This document shows, one piece after another, positions 38,901 through 52,444 of a stretch of DNA of 64,000 nucleotides. This stretch comes from Balanoglossus misakiensis (Eukaryota; Animalia; Hemichordata), in contig CM082578.2 in the NCBI GenBank assembly GCA_040954595.2, positions 1,966,831 through 2,030,830 of the forward strand, in the 5' to 3' direction. The stretch's first letter is position 1; every line of letters starts with the position of its first letter. The notes under the pieces are model-generated. The model had not been told where the DNA came from, did no database searches, and saw only the letters and a program-made list of their open reading frames with translations. A program made the translations under genes and the position numbers.

Positions 38901-39215
38901 TTAGGCCAAAAAAAAGGAAATGTTTCTGGTCAGACCCTTCTTTAAAAACTGGTGGGGGGACGCAAATTTAAAAAATAAAAATTTCTCTCAAGGGAAGAAG
39001 GACGGTCAGTTTTATAGTTTTTATCAATATAGTCACATGTACACTGTTCATGCAGTCATTGATTACACGCCCCAAAATGTCCAGTGATTTATATCTAGTT
39101 GAAGCAGTTTGAGTTTGCCGTGGCCGCCACCACAAACCAGGAAAAAAATGGGGGTGACACGCTGTTATTCAAGTGACCCACGCGCTGACCAGAAACATTT
39201 CATTTTTTGGCCTGA
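38901..39215. mobile_element. PIF/Harbinger-like MITE (GGCCAAAA TIR, TNA target); relatives at ~6994-7270, 11608-11954, ~50444-50720
   Basis: tta|ggccaaaaaaaaggaaatgtttctggtcag...ctgaccagaaacatttcattttttggcc|tga. Confidence 0.65.
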
Positions 39216-39673
39216 GTTATTGTAATCACTCCAGTAATTCGACTGCTCCATTAGTTTGACCACCCACTAATCTTTGGATAATTAATTATTCTAAAACCTC
39301 CAATTGTTCGACCAGTGCGTGACTGCATAATTCCCCCACCCCTCACCCCCACCCCCGGAGTTTTAATATCCTCATATAAGTGCCCTTTATCGCTACAGGA
39401 AATTTTTGCGACCGGAAATTTTCGCGATATAAAAAGCAGAAACTGTTACGAGACGATTAAGTTTCATGTTCTCGTATTTCACTGCATTGTCATCACTGAA
39501 AAACATTTTTAAGCGAATTTTTATTTTCACTACGTCTTTTTTGGCTCTCTAGCGTAAAAATTTACTGTTTGCGAAAATTTCCCGTTGGTCTAATACCCAG
39601 CTAAACTTGTTGGTCCGAATTTTCCCCTTGGACCTCTGGGATTTTGATCATATCTTGATGAATAACATTTCAG

Positions 39674-40446
39674 ATATCAATGAATGTAGTACATTGGTGG
39701 CACCATGTGGAATCAATCAAGTCTGTGAAAATAGAGATGGTGACTATCAGTGTGCATGTCTGGTGGGATTTGAACCGGATGTGAATGGAACAGCATGCAA
39801 AGGTGAGACATAACCAGTCACATACAACGTAACTTCAAGTCACTATTCACATTTAACACATTCCAAACTATCTGGATAAATTTTCAGAATTTCCTTGTAA
39901 TTTTAAATTTTCTTCAACAGACATATTAAAGTGTTGCCATCACCTTGACACAACTTTATCATAATTTATCTTTTAAGTTCATTCACAACCTAAAAACAGT
40001 CATTTCCTGGAAATGTTCATCTGTTTTCTCTAAAATATCAGCTGAACTGTTTTGTAGAAGGAAATGTTCAACTAATTATTTCACAGATTTTTTTTCTCCC
40101 AAAAATTGCTGAATTTTTCACTGATTTCCCCCCCCCCCTAAATTCAGCTGAATTTTACACTGATCAGACACTTTTGGAAAGGTGTGGCACAAATTACTGA
40201 ACGTACATCCTTAATGCAATTTTTTAATCCAACCCATGTTCCTTCTTTACTACATTGTAGATATAAATGAATGTGCTTCACATTCTTTTGATCAACTTTG
40301 TGAAAACACTGCAGGTGGTTTTCAATGTTCCTGTGAAGAAGGCTATCTCTTATATGCAAATAACGGCACAGGTGGATTCTATCTACCACCTGGAGAAACT
40401 GGTCTCTCAATGTATGATGTCTACACTTTTAACCAATCATGTGTTC
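39674..40446 (+). CDS. Two Ca-binding EGF domains, exons 39674-39802 and 40261-40446
   Basis: DINEC motifs. The second has the long Uif-like loop and appears to have lost Cys2 (SHSFDQLC). Confidence 0.88.
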
Positions 40447-40471
40447 GTAAGTATCATGTTAAACTATAGAG

Positions 40472-40666
40472 TTAAAGGTATATGATCACCCATGGAAAAT
40501 TAGCTATAATAGTAACCATGGAAAATTGAAATCTAGCCAATCACAGACTTTCAGTGGGAGGTACACGTGAAAAAAGAGTGCCACGATATGTTCTTTAGAA
40601 GGCTCTAATATGCCATTTCAGCCATATATGGGCATATATAAATTGGAGGTGACTGTATACCTTTAA
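40472..40666. mobile_element. MITE family 5 (TTAA|AGGTATA...TATACCT|TTAA); reverse copy at 61798-61988
   Basis: TIRs and TTAA duplications are visible in both copies. Confidence 0.75.
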
Positions 40667-41364
40667 CCAATATTTGTCATATTATTGACCTTTATACCGC
40701 AATGAATTTGCAGCGACAAAAATTGGACAAATGGCTGAATTTCATAATTGGATTTCATAATTTTGCCGTAATTCAGTTATGAAATGTGGAGAAACTCAGC
40801 AGACCAACTTTGCACCGTCATTATTCATTTTGGATTTGTTTCTCTCCTGCTAACAAAAGTGTGCTCTCACCTTATGGCATGAACATGCATTGAATTCTGA
40901 GGAAAAGGGGATTAATACTTGAGTGTATTTACAAAGACAAACAAGCTCACTGGTAGCATTTAAAGGGGAAGTCCGGTTCAGCTACATAGTTGGGTAGCTT
41001 TGAGGTTATTCTTTCAGAAAAAAACATTGTGTAGAAATTATGCATAAATCAGCTGGACTGGACTTCCCTTTTAATATTTCCAAGCAAGGCAATTGGTTTA
41101 CTGCAACAATTATTACTTTGAAAACACAGTGTAAAACAACAATCATGATATGAATGTTACTTTAATAGATAGTCATACTTATATAAGCATGACTGTCTAT
41201 GTTGGTCTGTAAGTTGTATTTGAAAGAAAAGTTTCATGTACGAATAGTACGAAGATTGACATTTAGTGTTCTATGTAATGGCTATAGTTTGTCATTCTAT
41301 AAAAACATATATTAATTTGTGTGTACTTCACCAATATTCTCTTCTTATTCCTAATCTTGTACAG

Positions 41365-43199
41365 CCGTGACGTGTATTGTACCCAACATTTCCAACCCAA
41401 TCCCTATTCCAAATCCACGTGAAGGATCCCTAGTCTGGAACATAGAGGAAACTGGTGATATTCTGGTGGAGTTCAATAGCACCATTACATTCTATTGTTT
41501 GGAGGGTTTTCAACTGAATGGACAGTCCACTCTGTTGTGTACAGTGGAAGGCCAGTATGATGCGAACTTTCCAACTTGCACACGTAAGTCAATATTTTTT
41601 TTTTTAATCAGAAAACCTTGATATTATTATACATCTGGCATCGAGAACAATAGAATTTGGCGTATGGAAGTTGTGTGTGGTTGAACGTTGATTCACTACA
41701 TATCCACATGTAGAATAACACAAACGGTGTCTTGTATTAAATATAATTAATGGAAAAAGGGCAGCGAGAGAGAGACTTTGTCCCTTAAAAAGTGATTACA
41801 GATTTATCCCAGGCTCTTCCTTCAACTCAACTCTACGTGTATTTTCTACAGCTGCTGTCTGCAGTGAACCAGAGAGTATTGATCATGGCAGCTACGAGGT
41901 CAATGACCGCAACTACAACTATCAGAGTGAAGTGACCTATAGTTGTGACATTGGATACAACTTATATGGTAGCCATGTCAGAGTGTGTACCTACAGCAGT
42001 CAAGATGGTGATTACCGATGGAATTCCTCTCCTCCTGTCTGTCAACGTAAGTAACAGGAATGAATAATGCTATACCTTATATTCCTTAGAATTCTTTTGC
42101 ATTCTATAGATTGCAATACGCATTAAAGTTATGTAGCACTCTTTGATCAACAGTTGAAACTACAGCATGAGCTTTCGGGAACATGTAGTCCCCTTCTTCA
42201 GATGCACTCGTGGAAGATTCCAAGCTCGTGCTGTAATTTCAACTGTTGATCAAAGAGTGCTACATAACTTTAATGCATATTGTACCGAAGATCACCACGG
42301 CAAAACTCTGAATTGTCATTCTATAGATTCTATCATTTCTATAGAATTCAATAGAAACAGGCTTCAATACTTCAAAGAAAATATGTGCGCTATATAAGAA
42401 CTCACTATTATTATTTCTAGGTGTTGACTGTGGTTTGTTGACTGCGATTGAAGATGGCTCATGGGAATATAGTGATGGCACTTGGTATGATAGTGTTGCT
42501 ACACTCCAGTGTAACATGGCATATGAAGCACTTGGTAACACCAGGAGATATTGCACTGAAGATGGAACATGGAATGGCACCAGACCAAGATGTGTTGCTC
42601 AGGGTAACGTAGAAAAGAATATTTCTTTCAGAGAAGCAATCACTTCTGTTTGATAATAGTTATACTCTGATGAAATTCATGACATTCACACACAATGTGT
42701 TGTTTGAATACAGTGTAAAATGGGGAATTTTTGGGCCAGAAATTTTCGCAATATCAAAAAAGGCGACTGTTACACTGCGACTACTACTTTTTCACTTTCT
42801 TGTATTTCACTGCATCGTTATTTCCGAAAAACATTTTAAGCAACTTCGAAAAGTACATACAAATATATAGATGTCCATAGAAATTATTTAAACTTATATA
42901 GAAATTCAAAAGGCTAATGAATTCTGTAGAATGATGTATATAGAATGTTTTTGTAAGGAATGACTTCTGTCTGAGTTGATGATTTAATATTGATAAGATA
43001 CTTTGCTTCTTGACCTCAGGAGAATGTCAAGATCCTGGTACACCAGTCAACGGTCAGAGACATGGCAATGATTTCGACATTGGTTCTATAGTGTCATTCA
43101 GTTGTGACTATGGATTCACACCAAGCCATCAAAACCCTTTGATGTGTGAAGGAGATGTTGTGACTGTGTTGCCAACAACACCTTCTACTACAACTACTG
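41365..43199 (+). CDS. Three Sushi domains (41365-41583, 41852-42046, 42421-42603) and N-terminal three-Cys part of a split Sushi (43020-43199)
   Basis: The last exon, GECQDPGTPVNG...FSCDYGF...LMCEG, runs into Thr-rich sequence without the W..C terminus. Confidence 0.85.
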
Positions 43200-43408
43200 G
43201 TGTGTATATACTGTTGTTATAAACATCGTGGTGTGCTGAAACAGTACCGTGATAACTTCTATGTTCATGTAGTGTGATATATGGAGAAATGGTTCAGAAT
43301 GCCCGCTTCCAAAACAACAGAGAGGCTTTAAAAGCTATTTGAATGTTGAAGTGAAACTTGATAAACAGAATTCAATCAGCATAACCTCTATTGCCTCCAT
43401 TGTCATAG

Positions 43409-44468
43409 AAACAGAAACGGTCACAGACATGTCAACTGCAGAGCTTGGGACGACAGAAATGGATGGAACTGATAGAGCGGCAACAGAAGAGGAAGAAGTG
43501 ACCACATTGTGGATGAAAATCTCCACAGCAGCTGCAGACACAGATGTTATGAGAACCACCAAGAGAGCACAGACAGATGGCATGGTAACCACAACGGCAA
43601 AAGTACACACAGATGATGTGGCAACCACGGCGACAAAAGTACACACAGATGATTTGGTAACCACGACGGCAAGAGTACACACTGATGCTCAAACAAGAGA
43701 TGCAACAGGTACGTCAAGTACAAACATCCACTGAATATCTGAAAACAATATGACAAGTTTACTTTACAGATGTCCTCTCAGTGGAAGTGAAAGTATCTCA
43801 TTTCTTTTAATTGTGGATTTTTGGTTTCTCATTTGTTAGCATAATGAAAAGCTGTATAATACAGGGGTCACCATGCTTGAATTTAGTCATGGCCTTGTGT
43901 AGTTGAAAAACAAACAAACAGCTGAGTCAGCATTTCTTCACCCAAAAACATTTAACGATATTTATCTCTGAATAGACTGTGGTGACCATACAATTTTATT
44001 TGACCAATGAATTTATTTTCATTTAACTGAGCTAAATTGTCATGAAAATGACAATAGTAGTGAGTTTATATCAATCTAATCCCATGCGAAGAGACAAATG
44101 TGCACGAATTTGCACAGTTTACAAGTTTACGTTCTGTGTGTACATCAGTAATAGGTTGTGTAGCAAAATGTAGCAATAACATCCAAATTCCATTCCAGTC
44201 AAGTTATTTATCATATAGTTATATTAAATAATTGATATTAAATAATCATTAGTGAGATCTATGGAATCTCACATATTTTAATGCAGAATGACTTGATTTC
44301 CATATGCAGGTTATGAGGCGCCATCAACGCAGGCAATCACTGTGACTGAAAGAAAACCAACGACAGATTCAGATAAAGAATTTACAACATCTGAAACTAC
44401 TAGTGCACCACTTTCAACTAAAATATCAACAACAAAACCAGTGACACCTTCTCATGATGTATCAACAG
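43409..44468 (+). CDS. Mucin-like stalk exons 43409-43708 and 44310-44468
   Basis: Thr-rich, with a 13-aa repeat (V.TTA.KVHTDD). The 3' end PLSTKISTTKPVTPSHDV is shared with exon 698-1309. Confidence 0.78.
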
Positions 44469-45162
44469 GTAATTATACTGTGTATTCGTATAATTCGTAT
44501 TCATATCAGTATTTGTCCTTTTTTGCCACAATTTAAGAAAGGAATATATTTTGTGGCAGAGAAATGGTAAATACTTAATACCGTATACCAGTATATCTAA
44601 TTTTTTACATTGGCAATATGGAGCAAGAAACATAGCATGCGCTAGTCAAGTCTTGCCCCATTGTCACATATATAGTAATATACATTGCAATTACTGAACA
44701 ATATTATGGCTTCTGCTGAATGTGTGTGTGTACCGATAAACTGTGCATATTGACTGGCAGTGAGGGCAACAGCATACATTTGTTTCCCTAAGGGACTGTG
44801 AGTCAACCCAGAACAGTCTGTTTCTAGAGGCTGAAGGCCGATGGAAACAGATTGTTTTGGGGGTAATTTGCATTCCCGAGGGGACACAAACGTATGCTGT
44901 TATCCGAACATGGCTAGTCGATATGTGTTTCATTATCAGAAAGCAGCACAAATCAGGAAATTTCTCTGCTGTACATCATCAATTGGTCTTCATTGTAGAT
45001 GATATATCACCACTGTACAAGGTCCCATACCTGTAAATAAATGATAAAAGCTTACACACAAACACATTTCACCAGATTAGAAAATGTACCACACAAACCC
45101 ATTTTAGGATATTAACTCTTCTTGCAGCAAAGAATATCTTGCTTGTGTTGTTGATTTTACAG

Positions 45163-46689
45163 TCAGTAGAGATTGTGGAACCTTTGAGACTTTTGTAAAC
45201 ACATCTTGTGAGAAGTACATTGAGACACCAACTGATGGTACCTGTTCATTTGGAACATTCTACACAAGTATGGTTGCTGGTATGGCCAATTTTCAAGATT
45301 CACATGTAAGTATAAAGTTAGTTCTTGAAAGTCTATGTACCGGTAAATGTTTTGCTCCAGTGTCAATACTGACCAGATTGTCTCCAATTTCTCATTGTGA
45401 TTTGTAACATTGTTATGAATTATTTTATTTTGTCTTGTTTTGTGTGTTGCACTGTATTTTTTTAAATTTCTCACCCAAGATTGATATAATCACTAAATGT
45501 ACTTGAAAAAAACTGCATACTGTAGTATTTCCAGTGTTGTCTAAAGGAGTTTTTTGGTTTGTGTAATTGCAGGTTTGCGGGCAATGCCTGAATGTGATTG
45601 GTTCAAATGATGCATCTGTAGTTGTCCGGGTAACAGACATGTGCATGTACCTGTACTGCATGAGTGATGAAGATGGTCTGGTTCTAAGTCAGGATGCTTA
45701 CAACATCTTGTCAGATGGTGAAAGTCCTTCATCTCTTCTTGTATCCTACTCAGTTGTTGCCTGTACTGAGGATGTCTCTATCAAGTTCAAGGTTTGTGAA
45801 ACAACACAATTATTAACTAATTTATATACCCTTGTCTTTAATTGTCACATCTTGGCAAACTTGTTTGAAACCTCCCTAGCCATTTTTTTAAGTATTTGTA
45901 AGATTGAAGTTTAAATTGTCAAGAGTATTCATCTGTTTCTTTACTGGAAGTTTAGATCTCCTGGAAATCAAACCAGTCTCAACTGATTTGGACAAGGGAA
46001 GATCCAGTGGGGACTAGGTCATTGACAATGATTTGTTGCAAATACTGTAAAACGGGAAATTTTCACGCCAGGAAATTTTCGCAATATCAAAAGAGGCAAC
46101 TGTTACGTGAGGATTAATTTTGGCGTTCTTGTATTTCACTAACTGCATCGTTAAATCTGAAAAACATTTCACACGACATTTATTTTCACGTCTCTTTTAG
46201 ATCTTGCGTATTTTGCGAAAATTTATGCTCGCGAAAATAACCCATTTTACAGTAAGTCTTGCTCTAAATTTCAAAGTATTAGGACCAACCAGGGACTGTG
46301 TTGTTCATCTTTTTAGTGTACTGCATATTGATTGATTGATTTGTTTATTTAGTTTGCAGAGAGCATTTCTGCATCATTCAGCTTATTAATATTGGATCAT
46401 CGTTACCCTGTCACCACTGTGGAAGTCCACACAACTGGTCCCTGGATTACTCTAGACAGACTCAGTGATAACTTATTTGAACCACCCATTGGTTCTGGTG
46501 ATATACAAGCCCCTCTAAATGTCAAGGTCTATTCGGTGTCTGGTAAAATTAACTACAGGGTTACAGACTTTGAGTTTGATGAGATTATTGACACCTCCAA
46601 GCAATTTCGACATTGTGAGGATGATGAGCTTGAAGTTACTACACTTCCAGACTTTGGAATAGTTACAACAATTGAGAGTACGCTTGAAG
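45163..46689 (+). CDS. Expansin-like (DPBB + CBM63) module of copy B, exons 45163-45305, 45573-45791, 46353-46689
   Basis: Same motifs as 1689-3225 (GTCSFG, CGQCLNV, VRVTDMC, GLVLSQDAY, DHRYPV, KQF). Confidence 0.85.
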
Positions 46690-47236
46690 GTAAGATGGTT
46701 TCATTTTATACAATATGTAATTAGTTTACTGTATAACATAGGTCAATGTTGCTGATGATTTCAATGGAGTGTAGCTGAATTTGTTACATTAGTTGTGATA
46801 TCTGATATTGTGTTTTGCACACCAATATCTGGTACACTCTTATGCAAAATTTTCGCAAGAGGAAATGTTCATGATATCAAATGTGGCAACTGTTACGTGG
46901 CGATTAATTTTCACGTTCTGGTATTTCACTGCATCGTTATCTCTGAAAACCATAAGCGACTTTTTTTTTCACCAGTAAATTTATCGTTCGTGAAAATTTC
47001 CTATTTTACTGTATTTTGAATAAGAAATCTCAACACCCTCATAAACAATTGCATTAAAGAAAGCAATAGAATAATAACACAATATCATTTGAATCACACA
47101 CCGGGATGAGAATACCTTGAAATTGTCTCCTGCCAGGAACATTGATTCAATACTGTTCATGTTAGTGGAGAACAATATAACATTAGATTTCCTTGTTCTA
47201 GATTATTCAAATTGTAATGTTCATTTTTATCAACAG

Positions 47237-50200
47237 ATGAAACAACGCTGGAATATTTAACTAGTCCCTACACCGAAGGCACAGAAAAAAGCATCTCAAC
47301 TGATGGATATGCCATAACTTTGCCCAGAATGACAACTGTGTTGGACACAGACAATATACCGGCTGTGACAACTGGAAAATGCAAGTCAACCACAACAGTT
47401 ACTATGGTTACAGTAACCATGCCTGTTGTCGTGACAACAGTAGAGGCAAGTTCTGAAAAGCCTGATCAGCAGTCAAGCACAGAAGGTGAGGGTACATACA
47501 AGACAACATCTGCTCCGATCTCAAAAACAGAAATGATGTCAACAGCAGAATCTGTGGATATTACTCCTGCAGACCAGACTTCAGAGTATGACGATGCAAG
47601 TGATGTGATGCCAACAGAGTCATGGACCACACCAGAGAAATTGTTGACAACAAACAAAATGGACGCCACCACACCAGAGACACTTTTGACAACAAATAAA
47701 ATGGACGGCACCACAGAATATTGGCAAACGGTAGAAGGCACCACAGAATGGCATACACAAATGATAACTGATGAAACTGCCACTTCCCAAAGAAGAACAA
47801 CAAGAAAACATACAACTGAGGCACCGACAGATCTGTTAACATCAAAAGGTGAATGTATACGAATTTCTACACTTTTCAGCATTATGAGCTCCAAAGTAAG
47901 GATGGATCTTGTTTACTTAGTTGACACGACTCTAGCTCCTGGATGACACCATTATTTTTAGGGGGTGAGGGGTGGAAGAAATGAGAAAACATATTCACTC
48001 CTCACTTTTTTTTCAAAGAAATGTAGGTTTACTTCCTATTATGATAAAGTAAACTATGAATAATAAAACATTGAAAATTTGGCTTTATTGGTAGAAACTT
48101 CATGTACGGGTACAGTGAAAATTTCAATTGAAAAAAAAAAATTCATAATACCTGCAATGTAAACAGTTAAACAGTTATACATTGTTAGTTACCATCATCA
48201 TCGTTGTTTGAATCAGACTCTATGTCACAAATGAGGCAATAACAATGCTCAGTGCAATTGATCTGTATACAGTTGGTCAAATAACTCTTCCACTCTTATC
48301 ATATAGACACCCATGTCCAGTGTGTAATATAAAGTATTCATTCAATTTCATTTATACAGTATATCATGATGTCAGTACTAAACCAACTACGAAACCAGCA
48401 ACAACTCTGAAAGCCACAACAGGTGGTCTTACGACCCTACCAACTCCAACTCAACTACCAGGTAAGAGATATTACCCTTAGTTTGGTTGATAACGTGTTG
48501 TATTTGAGTGATGTCTCAAAGTGTTAAAACAAAACATCCAGAAAACTTGTTTTTGGAAGTTAATTTAAATTGCTTGTCACATGATAGTTGTGTAAACAAT
48601 GGTCACACCAAAATGTTCTCCTATATTTACTTTCAGAAAATATATACTTTTAGGGGATTCTCGATAATTAACAGAACTTGATAATTAACAGAGAAATGTT
48701 TATTTCAAAAAGTTATTTTTTTTTTCTTGTATCTTTCATACACACCATGAAGTAATAATACAGTTAAATTTAAAATCAGAATAAACCACAAAGAGTTGAA
48801 CCCATTTATGCTTTGAACAAATTGACCTGAAGAGAATAGGAGTTGTATGGGTCTGTATTTACAATTAATTGATAATTACTTTGCAGACCGTGACGTTCCT
48901 GACTACTGTGCACAGCTTAGTGTGTCATATAATGGTAGTGGGCAGATTACAGACCAGCAATCCTGTGGCAACTACTATGGTACAGAAATAACAACACAAC
49001 TTGTTAATGGTTTAACTCAACTCCTGTCTCAAGATCCATCAGGAGCATGTGTTCCTCTTGCTGGTCTGGTTACAATCAATATTGCATTATCCACCACCAG
49101 TCTCACCTCGCTATCGGATAATTCGGTGGGTACTCTAACTGTCTCTTTCAGTCTTGCAGAAAATCTTGTAGACTCTTTCTGGAGTCTAGAATATTACACT
49201 CAACAAATTGTTCACTTCATAGCATTTTATCTCACATGCTCTTCAGATTGCATATCCAAAGAAAAAATGCATATTGGGAGAATATTTTCATGCAAATGTG
49301 ACAACCATGCGATGTTTAATTTTGTCGATACAATCGATCGTAAACTGCTCAGCTGAAACAGTGAGCAGTCATCTTTCTTTTTTGTTTACGTGCGTTGGAG
49401 TGGGGATGTCTTGAAACCATCCGCATAACAGTACATACCTGTACACGGTGAGTTGGGGCGCCTTGAAACTTAAGGCGTATTTAACACGCGTTCTGTACGT
49501 ACCGTTCCGTATGGCTTTTTAGTACACGCTAAATTCTATTGTTCTTGGTGCCAGATGCATAATAATAAAGCATATTAAACATAACATCTTTTAAAACAAA
49601 TGCTTATGACTGTATTTTCATTACCTGCAGCTTTTAATGGATGTGGGGCTGAACTTACTGATTGAACCCATAGACCCATTGAGCCCTGGATACGACAATG
49701 CAGAATTGTCGGGATGTGGTCTTCAACTAATCTTTTATCCGACCAACCATCCAAGTGTATTTCCAATTTTGGTTGCCATTGACAGTTCAGACAATTGTCC
49801 AGAACTATCATCTTCTGCAAACCCAATTCAAGAAGATGATGCAACATTCTGTTGTCCTGAAGGATATGAGCTCTTCCAGAATGTCAGATGCAGTATGTAT
49901 AAAATCATTATTTTTATTCACACTAAAGTGGCGCTTATATCTCTTCTTTTCTTTTAAGGATGTACGCGCAGAACATAAACCGGAAAACTGCACGCACCCG
50001 TCTTTTTCCCTTAGGATTACATTGATAATTGCTAGAAAACAAACTTCTTCTATTGTCATTGTCACAAAATTTTCTACATAGCTCAGTCCAGTAAATATAA
50101 ATTCATTGGTCACTTAAAATATAAGGGTCACCTTGCTCTATTTTGAGATAAATTGCATTAAAAAAAAATTTGCCCATAGACAAACCATTGGTGAAAAATG

Positions 50201-52444
50201 CTGAATCAGCAGTTTTCTGCTATTATCGACTAAATTCGTGACTCTGTAATGTGTATTTCATAAACAGGCACGGTCATCAGGTAAATGCATGCTATGAGCG
50301 GTGTGTTACAAGCATGAATTAAGTATTACTAACAGCAGCTGCAGTGGAAGTTGTGAGGAAAATAAGGGATGCATCTGAACAGTCATCATTTCTCACTAAT
50401 GCTAAATGGAATGGCACTGCACCTGTTTGTATTGGTATGTTCATTAGGTCAAAATAAAAAAATATGTGCTGTTCCAATTACCCGACCTACCCTAATTATA
50501 ACCCGCTGACCCTAAACATTTTAGAGCTTCCTAAACCGGAAGTATAAAAAACAATGTCAAATATACAAAATTTATGAAAATTGCAAGAATCACGTAAGAA
50601 TTATGACGTTATTCTTATACACTACGGCGGCCAGAGTAATAAAAAAAATGCAACATAAAAAAAACATTCCCTACCTACCTACCCTATTTTTGAAAACCAT
50701 GTAATCAGAACAGCACAATTTAGCAATTTATCCGCCAGATTGAGTTCTTGAATGAAATCACCAATGTTGGAATTGGATTTTAATGTTTGTTTGTGTTTCA
50801 TTCTAATTTGATTCTGATTGTGTTTCATTCTGATTTGATTTGATTTGATTTCATGCATTGTCTGCCTGCTTTCATTTGTGGAAATCACAAAGCTTATAAA
50901 TGGTCCATCATTGGAGTGGTTGTCAACATCACTGGGAAAAAGGACGATGTTCAACTGGTTTAGCAATTGGGGTTGTCATGGAGCCACCTACAGAACAGTT
51001 CTTCTCCCAGCTGAATTCAAGATTACTATGTCGCTTTAATGGCTGGCAAGTATTGTGGTTACAAACTTGGCAGATTACAGTCTCATATCTTATGAAATAT
51101 TTTTTGGCTTGCAGATACCATGCCACCAACTTTAGACTGTCCAGACACGTACGTAATTCTTGTTGATGAAGTGGAACACAATGTGTCATATCCAGCAGTC
51201 TCTGTTGTAGACAACCACGGAATCAGTGACGTCATATATGAACCACCAAATGGAACTGCAGTTGAAACCAGGAACTACATCACAGTGACTGTTACTGCAA
51301 CCGATTACAGTGGCAACCAGGCTCAGTGTCAATTTGATGTTTCTGTTCAGCTAAACTAGCCCACTAGTCGCTTGGTGAATTTTGAATCTCAATACTTTTG
51401 TGTGTTTGTGGTGATTTTTTGTCTTTATAATACTTTTTGTGTGCATGCTGCTTTGAGCGTTTTTCTGGTACTGAGTTGAGTTTCGAAAATAATGCAAAAA
51501 GTGGTGGCAGAGACTTTAAACATTTAGAAGTTAATATGGCATTGTTTTGAGACATTAGACATTTCACCTTTTAACATCTCATTTTGTTATTCAGCTGATA
51601 CATGTCCAGAGTGGTCACTACCTACACCAGAAGGTGGACAGAAGACTTGCACCTGTGTCATTGGAGGACCACTGGGTTCAGGATTCTCATGTGCATTGTC
51701 CTGTCAAGCTGGTTATGATTTCATTCAAGAAATTGATTCACCTGGAGGAATGTACACCTGCATAATTGGTGGAACATGGCTACCCCATAATTACGTACCT
51801 GATTGTGTTGGTGTGTATGGGCTTCTACTGATCTATTTTTGCGTAATTGAAATTCAACTGATATCATATCAATATTCATTAGGCCCCCAAAATAATATGT
51901 GAATGCTGATGCAGATAATAAACTTGAAGAACCAAAATAACCAACTAATTCAGTGTTACTGTTGGTTCAAATTTTCTCTGTATATAAACTGATCATTTTA
52001 TAATCAGTCAATACCTACATTTTTATAATCAGTCAATACCTACATTTTTATAATCCGTCAATACCTACATTACCGCATGGAAGATGGCACTAGTCCAGAT
52101 TTGAGTGGATTAGCAAAAATGGGATTTTTTCACCAGCTTAGTAAAGCGAAAACTGGATTGACGATTGACAATTCAACTAGTTGGCCTGAAGTTAAATTCT
52201 CTTCCATATTGATCTTTCCACAGAGAAGGAAGTTCCAGATTATTGCCTGACTGTGGGAGGTGTATACAACTCTGTGATAACCATTCCAAGTGATACCAAC
52301 CAATGTATCTCATATTACGAGTCGAGTCTGCTTGGAATTGTGCAGTCTGTTGAACCACTGTTGTCGGTCCTGTGTAACTCGATTGAAGACAGTGTTGAAG
52401 TTCAAAGTGACTATTCAACAATGGCCATAGTAGACTCCAATCAG
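47237..52444 (+). CDS. Copy B mucin (47237-47848, 48360-48461), SEA-like (48887-49125, 49631-49892), Sushi C-strand (50336-50434), HYR (51115-~51350), Sushi (51595-51810), SEA-like first exon (52224-52444)
   Basis: Near-identical to copy A exons 3773-9064. RKRR->RKIR, pyrimidine tract deleted before 50336, HYR donor deleted. Confidence 0.8.
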
